Positions 1-11,069 are shown, numbered from the stretch's first letter. The stretch is DNA of 64,000 nucleotides from Felis catus (GCF_018350175.1 NC_058369.1:16184001-16248000); one strand, 5' to 3'. Numbers and translations are program-made. The notes: generated by a model not told the origin, from the letters alone.

Positions 1-55
1 GGAAGTGGATTTCTGGGGTTCTAGTAATATTCTTATTATTTTTTTAAAAACTTCT

Positions 56-244
56 TAATGTTTATTTTTGAGAGAGACAGAGACAGAGTGCGAGCGGGGG
101 AAGGGTAGACACAGAATCTGAAGCCAACTCCAGGCTCTGAGCGGTCAGCACAGAGCCCAACGCAGGGCTCGAACCTATGAACCGTGAGATCATGACCTGA
201 GCCGAAGTCGGGCGCTTATCCGACTGAGCCACCCAGGCGCCCCA
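56..244 (-). mobile_element. Can-SINE (SINEC_Fc-type)
   Basis: Reverse complement of GGGGCGCCTGGGTGGCTCAGTCGG head, CT-rich body and A-rich tail. Confidence 0.9.
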
Positions 245-534
245 AGCAATAGCCTTATTCTTGACCTAGGTAGTAGTTATGTGGCACTCTGGAATCATCT
301 ATTAACCTATAGCCCTTGTTTTTTTGTACATGTTTATGAATGCATGATAAACTTCAATTTAAAAAAAGTCTGAAAGTGTTTGCATTCCTTCTATATCGCT
401 GTGTAAGAAATTCTCACAAACTTACTGGGTTAACACAACTTCCATCGATTATGGATCACAATTACCGTAGGTCAGAAGTCCAGCCTGGCTCGGACGGTTT
501 CCAGAGCTGGGCACGCTTCAGAGCGCCCAGGGTC

Positions 535-591
535 ATTTGCATAGGGGAAAGCTCACTTTAATCCATTTCTGATTCGGCTTGGGATTTGCAT
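535..591. promoter_or_regulatory. Two perfect octamer (POU/OCT4-type) motifs upstream of TDGF1
   Basis: ATTTGCAT at 535-542 and 584-591; TDGF1 is an established pluripotency-factor target; function here is inferred. Confidence 0.45.
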
Positions 592-1842
592 TTCGGCCTT
601 CAACTTCCACTTGCTTCTAATCCATTTCAAAACCATTCAGAGCTGTGAAGAATGCCCGGATGCAATCAAACCCAAAATCCACTTAAGAAGCGCTTTGAAA
701 TGAGATTCTCCAGGTCTTGTGACCCCCACCGCTCTGCTGGAGCCGTGACTCGGTCGGTGTTCCCTCTCCATCAGCATTTTTTTTTTTTTGGAAACTAAAA
801 TGGCACTTGGCGTAGATTTCTGGGCTTGTCTTATGACGGAAGGAGCCGGTGATTAGGGTGCCGGAGCTCTCTGTCTCCCCCACTGCGCTCAGCACACAGT
901 AGCCGGTCAGTCAATATTTGTTGAATTTGATTGGCAGGAGAACAGTTTTGGTGGGAAAGCATTCTAAACCGTAGACATGGCTAAAAGCCTAAATCAGACT
1001 TCCGGTAAGCGCATCGAGATTATCTTGTCTTACATACAGTCAGCTGTCCCGAATAAGTTGTCCGGATTCAGCAGAGCGGGGAGCACTTAGGATTTCCTTT
1101 TCTTCCCTTCACTGTCTGGGGGGAGGGGCAGGCTTTGTTGGACTTCCCGGCTGGAGATGAGGCAAGCAAGTTGTCCTCCCGTGGTGCCTCTCAAAGACCT
1201 TGCCCTCGCCCCACCCCACCCCCTCCCGAAGCGACGGCTGAGACGTATTTCTGTCCCCCGGGGATGGGGCAGGCGGAATGAAATTAGCCGGAGGGAAGGC
1301 AGCCCAAGGTCACGCCGCACAAGAGGCCGGGGAAGCTGCGATGCTGGGCTGACCAGGTCTCTGGACCTCCTCGTCTGGGGAACAAGGCACTGGGGGACGG
1401 GTTGGTGAAAGATCTGAAAATAGGCAGCTCACAATACAGCGTGGCTAAGACGAGGTCAACCCCAGCAGCGGGCGCCGGGTCGGGGCTCCGGCCTAACCGG
1501 AAGCCGGGGAAGGGAGGACTGTCCTCCGGAGAGGGCTTCCCGGAGCAAATGGCAAGAAAGAAGTCAGTTCCAGTTAGTTCTAAGAGCTACCTGGCAGCTC
1601 GTAGAGAAAGAAACACAACATCCAATAAAACCCGGAGACGATGTGAATGCAAACCACGAGATACTATTTTCGGACACAGAATTGGTACAAATTAAGGTGC
1701 TTCCTGCAGCCGGCTGGCGAGGACAAAGGGGAAGGGAGCCTAGGTGGGCGGGGGAGAGGAGACTGGTGCAACCTTCCTGGGAGATGATTTGAAGTGCCCA
1801 CCCTTTAAGCAGGCAATTCCAGGGCCAGGCATTTCCTGGCTG

Positions 1843-2293
1843 GAAAAGCCTTCTCCCCATCAGCTTTCGTATCATCCGTGTGTCCCCTGGAGGGGCACCT
1901 TTCATTTTCCTTCAAGAACTTTCCCTTTTCCCCGTCGCAGTCACAGCTTGGCTAACTGTTGGGCAAAGGAGGCTTAGCTCTCAGCCTATGTCGGCTTTGG
2001 ACGCGCCTTCTTCGCTCAGCTTTTGATTTGAAGGGAAAGACACGGGACTCTTCAAATCCCTTCCCTTGAACACTCAGAGGCCACGGTAGGGTTATCCACT
2101 GGCCTGAAGTCAATATTGTGTCTCAGGGAACAGGGAGGCCCGAGGAGAGGGAGAAAGACGGATGGGGGGCGGGGGGAACCACTGGCCAAATCAGGGTCGC
2201 CGAAAACCTTCAATTTGTTTAAAAAAAAAAAAAAAAAAAGGTAGTGTCTGCAAAGCGCCCTGAAGCGAAGCGTGAAAACAAGAGGTGTGCCTG
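1843..2293 (-). mobile_element. Tigger1-family DNA transposon fragment (5' end, internally deleted)
   Basis: Matches recalled Tigger1 reverse complement (ttccttcaagaacttt...cttggctaactgtt...aaaccttcaatttgt); ends in TIR-like gaggtgtgcctg at 2282-2293. Confidence 0.8.
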
Positions 2294-2879
2294 TCTGTAC
2301 TTTCTTTCCTTCCCGACAGTTCCTGGGGTTGGGTGATTAGCATTCTCCTCATCGCTGCCCTCCCCCCACATCCAGCTCCCAGAGCTTCAAGCTGAGACCC
2401 CCGTCCTCAGGGAAACTCAGCGTGTCACCCGAAGCATTTAACAAGTCAAAAGGCCACACGTCGAGCTGAAGCTTAGAGAGAATTGAATAGCCCCTCAGGT
2501 GACTGGGCTGCACCCAACCATTGCTCCGGTGGGGCCCTCCCACCCTGTAAAAAAAAATATATATATGTCAAATTTAATTCCCCCAAGATGCAGGTGTGGA
2601 AGCAAACAAGGGCGCCTCTCAGCACCTGTGCCATGGCCTGCGCGCACAGGGGACACCGATGCTGAGATGGCCCCGATGCTGCCCACGCCTGCCGAAGTGT
2701 GAACTCAGTGGACAGAGAAGGGTGAAAACAGAAAAGCACAGAAAAGCCTCCCACCTGTGTGCTCGCAACGTTAGGCAAACGGCAGGCTTTTCCTTTGGAA
2801 ATGAGAATTAAAGGGTAGTTGGAAACTACCCATGACTTTGTATGTATTTAGTAACGAACGACATCATCCGGGGCACAGA

Positions 2880-3890
2880 GATGTTAGGTGGGGACTCCGG
2901 CTCTGGGACGCGCCTCTCCGGCCGCAGGGTCTGGAGCTCTGAGGAACCACCAAATTACGGCTGGTGGGGTAACACAGGATGCGGAATTGGGGTAGGGGGT
3001 TAATTGCAGTGTCTTGGGGAGCCCGGAGGCGACTCCACCCCCAGTTTGAGCCGCCTGGAATTTACGCTTCCCCGCAGGAGGTCGGGAGCCCCCAGGGACC
3101 CCTGGCGACCCTGAACTTCCCCTTTGAGAGTTTCCCCGCCTTTCTCCTCCCGCTGGCGGAGACACGCCCAACCGGGCCGCCTAAGTACACCCAAGGCCAA
3201 GCACTGGGCTCAACACACCTTTTTGGGGGGAAAACAAAGATGAAAGCAAGTTTCAGGTAAAACCTGACAATTAAATGTCAAGCTCCTTGAGAGACCCATC
3301 CGAGGTGTTGAGGGTTTCCTGATTAAAGCAGTCCCTTTCCACCGCTCCTCCAATCTGGAATCACCTACTGGACAGAATAATTGATTTGTTTTTGTTTGTT
3401 TGTTTTTTAAGAGTAAATCTGTTGTTTTTAAATGGCAACTAATTATAGAGACCTAAGGGCTAGTTAACCAGCTTTATAAGACCCCACCTTTTCTCTCTTT
3501 GTCCCAGGGCTTCACCGCCTCCTACCTCAGCCCCCGGGAGGTTTCCATGGTAATGGGCTTGGGTCTCCGCCTCCGAGCCCACCTGAGGGCCCTCCCTGGC
3601 GCCTGCGTGGTTGTTGAGGAAGGAGAGCCCCCGGCGAGGCTGATCCCCGGCTTAGGTCAAAGCATTCCTCAGGACCGAGCTCAGCGATGAGCCCCCAGTC
3701 TCCCCGGACATCCTGGTTCCTGCTTCTCCTAAGAACTTCTGGGCAAAGTGTAATTCTCATCTGGGATACCCTTCTTTCTAGATTCCCATTTTCGCTTCAG
3801 GAAATCCATGTTTTCCTTTAGGTGTTCTAGCAACGGCTGTGAATTAAAGCCATGCTGACATCGTCCCCCCCCCCTAGCGTGTTAGGAGCT
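2880..3890 (+). promoter_or_regulatory. TDGF1: TDGF1 proximal promoter and 5'UTR (CpG-enriched)
   Basis: GC/CpG-rich blocks directly upstream of ATG 3891; TAAT/ATTA cores at 3268-3446; exact TSS not determinable. Confidence 0.6.
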
Positions 3891-3925
3891 ATGGACCGCA
3901 GAAGCATGGAGCGCCTCTCTTGCAG
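3891..3925 (+). CDS. TDGF1: TDGF1 coding exon 1 ([12 protein letters not shown])
   Basis: ATG 3891; donor CAG|GTATGA; 35 nt, phase 2. Confidence 0.92.
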
Positions 3926-6900
3926 GTATGAACCCATCTTGAATGTGAACTTTTGACCGCTAGAGCTTGCCAGCTTCGGAGATAATGGTCTGCGCCTCTC
4001 TGTCATTTGACTTCATCCTGCGCGAACCTTACAAGGGCTGCCAGCGGTGATGCTGTTTTTCCCGAGAGACCTGGAACTTGACACTGAAGAGTTCCATCCA
4101 GCGTTGCCTGTTGGCTTTGAACTTTTCCAATGGGGGTAATGGCGCCATCTATCAAATGACTAGGGCTTTCCTCTCTTGTGTAAGAAAAGTTCAGTGTCAC
4201 AACCAAATGAAAACTCTGCTTCCAAAAAGTTGAAAGGCACAGACAGATTCGATACTTGCAAAACCCTGAAGAGCGATGGGGGTGGGGAAGGGATTGTCCT
4301 AACCTTAAAGTCTTCTAAGTGACTGGTTTAAGTGAAATCGTTTGCGAGATGTGATTCATCAATTGCACAGAATGTTATGGCGTCATTTGTGAAATCGAAG
4401 CCAAGAGATTTTCGCCTACTTAAAATTATGTGTATATGAGGACAGAGCCTATGAAGGCATAATACATATTGGAAGGAACTGGCTTTTAGGCGGCTTTTAT
4501 TCTCATCATTCTTTCTGCTGTTTGATGAATTAGCCATTTAAAAAGAAAGGAAAGGAAAACAAAGGTGGAGTTCTACATTTTCTCCCTAGTGGTCTGTGGT
4601 CTTGTCCTCGCGTTGAGAAAGCCCAGGTGTTAACTCGAAGAGCTTGATTTGCTTTGTTTTGCTAACGGATGTTTGATTTCCTCCTCCCAGTGTGATTTTG
4701 ATCTTGGCCATTTCCAAAGCGTTTGAACCGGAATTCGCCGCCGCAGCCGGTGAGGGACTTTTATTTTGATCGGTAGCAATTCTCACGTGGCCTGAAATAC
4801 TGACCCCACCGAGCTAATTTTGTCCTTCAGGGTTGGGCCACCCCCGTGAACTTGCACGTCCCCCTCAGGGAGACCCCGCCTGGAGAGATAACGGCCTTGG
4901 GTCCCTGGAGGAGCCTGCAATTCGCCATCGATCCTTGCAGTTGGTGCCGTCCCTAGGAATCCAGGACAGTAAGACCTACCTGCCTTAGATCTACAGCGCG
5001 CTCTCCCCATCCTGGTCCCCCCTGCTTCCTGTCTTTCTGATGCACTTTCTCCTGAGTGGCCACCTGATGCTGGAGCCAGGTGGATGGTTGGACTGAACTT
5101 GGCTCAGGAGGCCAGACCAACAGTGTGCATTTCACCTCCCTGGGACGCGGTTTCCCCCCTGCTTCTCTGGGAACCACCCCCGGCCTGAGCATGAAAAAAA
5201 GCAGAGGCGCGATAGCAAAGCAACATCAAAAAAACAGAGTCCTGGGGCGCCCGGGTGGCTCAGTCGGTTAAGTCTCTGACTTCAGCTCAGGTCATGATCT
5301 CACGGTTTGTGGGTTCGAGCCCCGCGTCGGGCTCTGGGCTGACAGCTCGGCGCCTGGAGCCTGCTTCCGATTCTGTGCCTCCCTCTCTCTCTGCCCCTCC
5401 CCCACTTGTGCTCTGTCTCTCTGAAAAATAAATTAAAAAAAAAGAAAACAGCGGAGCCCTATTTTGTAAGGTCCACGATATTTAGACCTCGCCAAGCACT
5501 GGGACGACCAAGCCTTCAGCACTGTATTAACCTTTGCTTTTCCAGGACCTCAGCTTTTCCGTTCCCCCACCCTCTCAGCTGCCTCTTCTTCCATTTCAGG
5601 TAAGGAGCTGAACAGAACTTGCTGTCTGAACGGGGGAACCTGCATGCTGGGGTCCTTCTGTGCCTGCCCCCCCTCCTTCTATGGCCGGAACTGTGAGCAC
5701 GATTCGCGCAAAGAGTAAGCAAGCCATTAAGGCAGGGGCTGGGGGGGGTGGGTGGCGGGGGAAAGAGGTGAGGGTGAAAACCCATATGCGTCACCTTGTC
5801 TGTTCCTTTTCAGGAACTGTGAGTCTGTACCCCATGGCGCCTGGCTGCCCAGGCGATGTTCCATTTGTAAGTGCTGGCACGGCCGGCTTCACTGCTTTCC
5901 TCAGACATTTCTACCCGGGTGTGGTAAGCGGATAGTCCCCTCTTTCTCGCTTTCAAGTTAGGTGCCTGTGGCCACTGGGTTAACGGGGTCTCTCCTCTTA
6001 GCTCATGGCTTGCCAGACCCTGGCAGCCAGATTGTGCTTGTGAAAGCACCGAGGACCCCAGATGGGGTGGGCACGTGCGCGTCCTTTCTATTTATTTTAT
6101 ATTCACTGCCTCAGAAGTGTCGCCTTCGAGGTGGAGACAGTTATTTCAAGCCTGTTTGACATTTTATCGTATGTGGACTTCTGCGAAAAGTAAACAAGCA
6201 AACGCTTGGCCTCTTAAACACCAAGAGATGCTCTCCATTTGGGCAGGGAGATCCAGGCAAGCCCCAAGGAGACAATTCAGTGCCCACCCAACTCCACCTC
6301 ACGCCCTTGAATTCCACCGGATGCTTGACCTCCCTCTCACTCCTTGAGAAGCTCATGGATCTCCAAGGCCCCCTCAACCTTGTCACGTTGTATTGATTTG
6401 AGGAAAACAATAACAAGAAGGGCAGGGACCCAGGGGAGAACAAGAGTCGAGAGGGTTCTCTCCTCACCCTGACCTGAGCCAGATTTCTAGGTGCACCCAA
6501 GTTCAGAGGCCTCCCGTATTCTGACCGTGTAGATGTTAGAAACTGCAAATGGTCAAGTCCAGAAATGAAATGAAGGCAAATGCTTCACTTGAGTACAAGA
6601 TGGGACCCCCGACCCAGGCGGGGATTGTGGCTTTTCCATTTACATCCTGGATGTCAGGCCCAGGATAGGTAAGCATGGATAGGTGGAGACCATATTTTCT
6701 TCCTGGACCTTGGGACCCAAAACGTGCTGTCTCCTTAGCATCAGCGCCTCACCAGGTTCGGCTGCATCCCTGCCATTGTCACCGGCTGGGGTACTTTTCC
6801 AGGTGTGAGGGCATGTGTCCAGGGAAAACCAAGTTAACGGGAGACCCATGTCAACTTGTGTTGAAAGATGGTTTTTCAGGGGAGTCTGAATTCCACGTAA

Positions 6901-7159
6901 TCGGTACTGTTTGGTCCCATGAGCGCCCTGTACTCGCCTAATGTGGGGTCCCAACTGATTTTTGGCGGGTGTAGATATGCCATGTGCGCAGGATCAACTG
7001 CAGGAGGGATTTCCTTTAATGACCAAGTGTCCTTACCTTTCAGATGGCCACGTGATGGATGAGCACTTCCTGGTTTCCAGGACTCCAGAATTAGCACCGT
7101 CTTCAGGCATCACTTTCTCTCTAGCTGGCATCTGCCTTGCTATGCAAAGTTACCGTTAA
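3891..7159 (+). CDS. TDGF1: Cripto/TDGF1, EGF-CFC Nodal co-receptor, 190 aa, 6 coding exons: 3891-3925, 4691-4749, 4831-4968, 5600-5714, 5814-5923, 7044-7159
   Basis: All introns GT-AG and phase-consistent; 573 nt total; EGF motif [28 protein letters not shown] motif [35 protein letters not shown], hydrophobic GPI-type tail. Confidence 0.97.
4691..4749 (+). CDS. TDGF1: TDGF1 exon 2 (signal peptide core [19 protein letters not shown])
   Basis: Acceptor cctcctcccag, donor CCG|GTGAGG; 59 nt. Confidence 0.92.
4831..4968 (+). CDS. TDGF1: TDGF1 exon 3
   Basis: Acceptor tgtccttcag, donor [23 protein letters not shown]...LGIQDS. Confidence 0.93.
5244..5443 (+). mobile_element. Can-SINE in TDGF1 intron 3
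   Basis: GGGGCGCCCGGGTGGCTCAGTCGG head to AATAAA/A tail. Confidence 0.9.
5600..5714 (+). CDS. TDGF1: TDGF1 exon 4 (EGF-like domain)
   Basis: [38 protein letters not shown]-glycosylation sequon NRT, O-fucose-type site GGTC. Confidence 0.97.
5814..5923 (+). CDS. TDGF1: TDGF1 exon 5 (CFC domain)
   Basis: Six-cysteine CFC motif; acceptor ttttcag, donor GTG|GTAAGC. Confidence 0.97.
7044..7159 (+). CDS. TDGF1: TDGF1 exon 6 coding part (GPI signal), stop TAA
   Basis: [38 protein letters not shown]. Confidence 0.95.
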
Positions 7160-7546
7160 CAGGCACCAGCATATGGGGTATTTCCATGCAAACCCCATAA
7201 CCTGTAAAGGCCGTCACCCTAATGTCCTAACTGGAAGATGATCATTTGTTAGTTGCCTTGAAACAGCGGATGGATTTTCATCACAGTCCGTAACACTTTC
7301 TTAAAGTCCCAACTACTTTCCTCTGCCTTCTCCTCTCCAAAAAACTTTTGTAAAAAAAAAAAAAGTCAGCCATATCTACACTGTGACCAAGTTCTGTTTC
7401 TTGATACATGTTTCTTTACCAAGGGCTTCCTGTTTCCTTTAAACAATTGAATTCTATCTTCAGATTATTAAAAGCTACTCCTAATGTGGAACTGGGGCTA
7501 AACTGAGGAGTAGAGTTGACCAAAATCAACCAAGATCTCACCTTTA

Positions 7547-7751
7547 GGGGCGCCTGGGTGGTTCAGTCGGTTAAGCGTCTGACTTTGGCTCAGGTCATGA
7601 TCTCACAATTCATGGGCTCAAGCCCCGCGTCGGGCTCTGTCCTGACAGCTCAGAGCCTGGAGCCTGCTTCCGATTCTGTGTCTCCTTCTCTCTCTGCCCC
7701 TCCCCTGCTTGCGCTCTGTCTCTCTCTCTCAAAAGTAGATAAACATTAAAA
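7547..7751 (+). mobile_element. Can-SINE, probably inside the TDGF1 3'UTR
   Basis: Full SINE head and body 390 bp after the stop codon. Confidence 0.9.
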
Positions 7752-8813
7752 GAAGAAGAAGAAATTATGTTTTCTCCACACCTTGCAAGTATTCTAACTG
7801 TTGCAAAAAGAAAATGTCCACAATACATGTATTTCTTTGTAAACCAGGTGGTAAAACTATTTTGTTGTGACTGTTGTAAAATCCATTTTTAAAATAGATC
7901 GTGTGTGTGAGTATGCCCAGTAAAAATGGGAAATCTATGGACCAGAAGGTGACGTGTGCTTATTTCTAGGCAGTGCTGACAGGTTCTTTGTGGTGGTGGG
8001 TTTTTTCCCTCGCACCTTTGTGTTTTCCACAGCAAGGGTGTGCGCCGTCTGTTTTCGTGGGGAGAGCCAAGACTAACTACATCACACTCAAGGGCTCAGA
8101 CCCAGTGTTGTCTCTGGCTTTGGTGTCTGTGCTGTGCTGTGAAGGACAACATTTGCTTACACTATTCAGGTACCGCTTGGTCCCCAACTCCTTCTCCACC
8201 TTAATGCCTTTGCAGATGCAAAATCCCAAAGGGGTGGGATTTTTTTTTTTTTTGCAGTATCCAATGGCTAGAAGATGATGTGGGGTCAGCAGGAAGCAGT
8301 GAGGGGCACCCCAGAGACCTCAGCATGGGGGTGGGCTGCCCAGTGTGGAAGGGTATTCTAGCCCCGCACTGGCTATGGGACCCAGTGTCCCAGTCTGTGC
8401 ACCTGGGCTAGTCCCTACACCAGTGTTAAAATTAAGTAAGCTAAAGCAGAGCACTAGTACAGAAATTCTCAACAAATGTCACAATTCTTCGCTTTGTGCC
8501 TGTTTGTTTACTAGAGCGTTTTTGCCCAGAAATGGAAATTTAAAAAAAAAAAAAAGGCAACTTCAGAATATTGAGAAAGCCTTCCCATTTGCATGCAAAT
8601 AACCTGTAACCTGTTTTCCAAACTTGGGTATCGCGTGCCACCTCGATTTGAGCCACATCATCTGTTTATGATTTTTTAATGATTTTTTATAATTTTTATA
8701 TACATATATATTTTAAATATACATAATATAAAAGTTAGCATCTCAACCGTTATTAACTACAAAGTTCAGTGGTACTTTTCAGTACTTTCACATTGCTAGG
8801 CAACCGTCCCCAC

Positions 8814-9387
8814 TGATGGGGTTTGGGGTGATGGTGGGGTCCGGAGCCGATGGCCGAAAAGAATTTTTGAAGACGTCTTTGGTGCCAAAAGGTGGTTTTA
8901 TTAAAGCACGGGGACAGGACCCGTGGGCAGGGAGAGCTGCACTGGGGTTGTGAGGGAGAAATGATCATATACCCTGAGTTGGGAGGGGGGTTAGGCGTAG
9001 AGTCAGTCTCTAAGGTATTTGGGAAGCAAGGTTTCCAGAACCTTGAGGCTAGGTGTTGTTAGGAATATGCTATTTATTACCATTTGGTAAAACCTCAGTC
9101 ATGAGACCCTTCAGATGTATATCAGGGACCATATGTTTGGGGTATGATTGCCAGCATATGTCTTGGGGGAGTTGAGATAAAGGAAGTTTCCAAAGAAATC
9201 TTTATATGTTAAAGTAGACTTACAGGACCCTGGGGGCGGGGGGTGGGGGTTGGTGAGGGCAATGTGAAGCCAAGATTCCCTTTTGGCCCTAGCAAAGTGT
9301 CACCATGGAGGCGGCTGAGCTCCTAGAGGGAGGTCACTTTCATTGGGAGGGAATTTCATTTTTCCTTTGCCTTAGTTTCCCACATCA
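8814..9387 (-). mobile_element. Solo ERV LTR (ERV1/MER41-like)
   Basis: TGATG...CATCA termini, minus-strand AATAAA at 8897-8902, TATA-like element near 8968; LTR-like sequence may continue to ~9480; family name from memory. Confidence 0.65.
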
Positions 9388-10347
9388 CCATGGCAAGCCC
9401 TTAAACCCCTTTCCTTTGTTCTTGGGTAGCCAGGAGTGTCCGAGGAAAATCACACACATTCCCCCTGGAGGGAATTGTGAGGTCCTAAATGATTTACACA
9501 AGTCTTGAAATTCGAAAGCAGTAATAATGAATCATAACATTCACCTGTACGCCATCTAAAATCATGAACCAGATGTACGTTTTGGGGAATGGTGCCCCAG
9601 GGGATACAAATGACTAGATTCTACCTTCAAAAAGCTTATAGGCTTTTCAAAGCAAAGTGCCCATGGTGATGAGGGCAGTTCCAGACCAGGCGCCCAGACT
9701 CTGGGGGAATCAGTGTCCTTCATGGTCCTGAGGAGGGAATCCAGGCTTTTGTGGCCATCAGCCCCTTGTGCTGTTGATTCCACTTCCTCCAGGATTCAGA
9801 TTGGTCCTGGGAGAACTTTAAGAAAAGGATTAGTGGACCAGACTGCAATCTCCAAGCTCGGGGCACAGCTGGCTAAGGCAGCCCCCTCTGCTCCCCCCTC
9901 CACCCGTTCTATATTCCCTTACCCTGGGCCAGCACAGCTGCTGCTTTATGTGGCTCACCTGGTGGAGGGGCTTGGCCCTCGTCCCTGAAGTCTGTGTCCC
10001 TGACCTCCATGCCCTTCTCACCTGTGGCTGCAGTATTTGCCCACTGACCATCTAGCTGGACAAGGAAGACCAAGATATGCCTCCGTGAGTCACCTGGGCT
10101 TTGGATCCCCCACAGCAACCAATTGTTAGGTGTTCCGTCCTGGGGAGGAAGCATCTCCTTGTTCTAGGTGGTTCCCTTTGAAAACAATTCCCAACAAGAC
10201 ACAGCTATGAGCCGGCACGCCTTTCTCATTCATCCCCCAGGGAATCCTGCCTCCCCACTCCCCACCGCCTTCTCCAGAAGCACCCACTCAACACTGAGTG
10301 GCTCTAGCTGCTTCAGTAACCGTAAATAATTGACTCTTCCCTACTTA

Positions 10348-10558
10348 ATTTTTAAAAGTATTTATTTATTTTTTGAGAGAGAGAGAGAGACAGAGTGTGA
10401 GCAGAGGAAGAGCAGAGACAAAGACACAGAATCTGAAGCAGGCTCCAGCCTCTATGCTGTCAGCACGGAGCCCGACGCGGGGCTCAAACCCACGAACCAT
10501 GAGATCATGACTTGAGCCGAAGTCGGACGCTTAACCGACGGAGCCACCCAGGTGCCCC
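10348..10558 (-). mobile_element. Can-SINE
   Basis: Reverse-complement SINE. Confidence 0.9.
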
Positions 10559-11069
10559 AACTCTCCCCTATTTATAACTCCAGTGGTCCATAATTATTTA
10601 TCTTTCTGACTCATTATTTTATGGAACCAGGTACATATCATTTCACCTCAGGACTTCGCTGGCGATGTTCAGCAAACAATCATTCAACAATAGATGGTTA
10701 ATTTCCTTACCTCTTTTCATAGCTTAGACATTCATCGGGGAGCATGAGCTACTCCCAATTATTAGCCAGTATCCTCCTCTAGGGATCCCTCTCTCCCCGC
10801 AACAAAGTCCTAAAACAACCAAAAACAAAACAAGTAAAAAGGGGGATGGAAAATTCAGGGAGTCTGACCACTCCACACTTTTCCTGCAAGAAGAACCCCC
10901 CATCCTGAATGCCCCCACAGCAAGGGTGCCTGTTCTCCTTCCTTTCCTCACTAGGCTATAAAAGGGACAGCAGGAACACAGCCTCTCGGGGCCAGAGGGG
11001 GGAGGGGGGGCCCAGGCTGTCTTCAAACAGAACGCAAGTACATGAGACCTCATGTGGGCTTGGAGGTGC

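Noticed and set aside
890..930. FOXA-like TATTTGTT site
   Set aside because: Lies in what looks like an L2 3' end (cacagtag...caatatttgttgaa), so it is expected by descent
1..3800. LRRC2 exons
   Set aside because: Expected upstream by synteny, but no LRRC2 coding sequence is visible in this window
5244..5330. tRNA genes
   Set aside because: tRNA-like A/B boxes belong to Can-SINE heads followed by CT bodies and A tails
3891..7159. Processed TDGF1 pseudogene or CFC1/Cryptic
   Set aside because: Has five canonical introns, an intact frame, Cripto-type termini and the expected synteny
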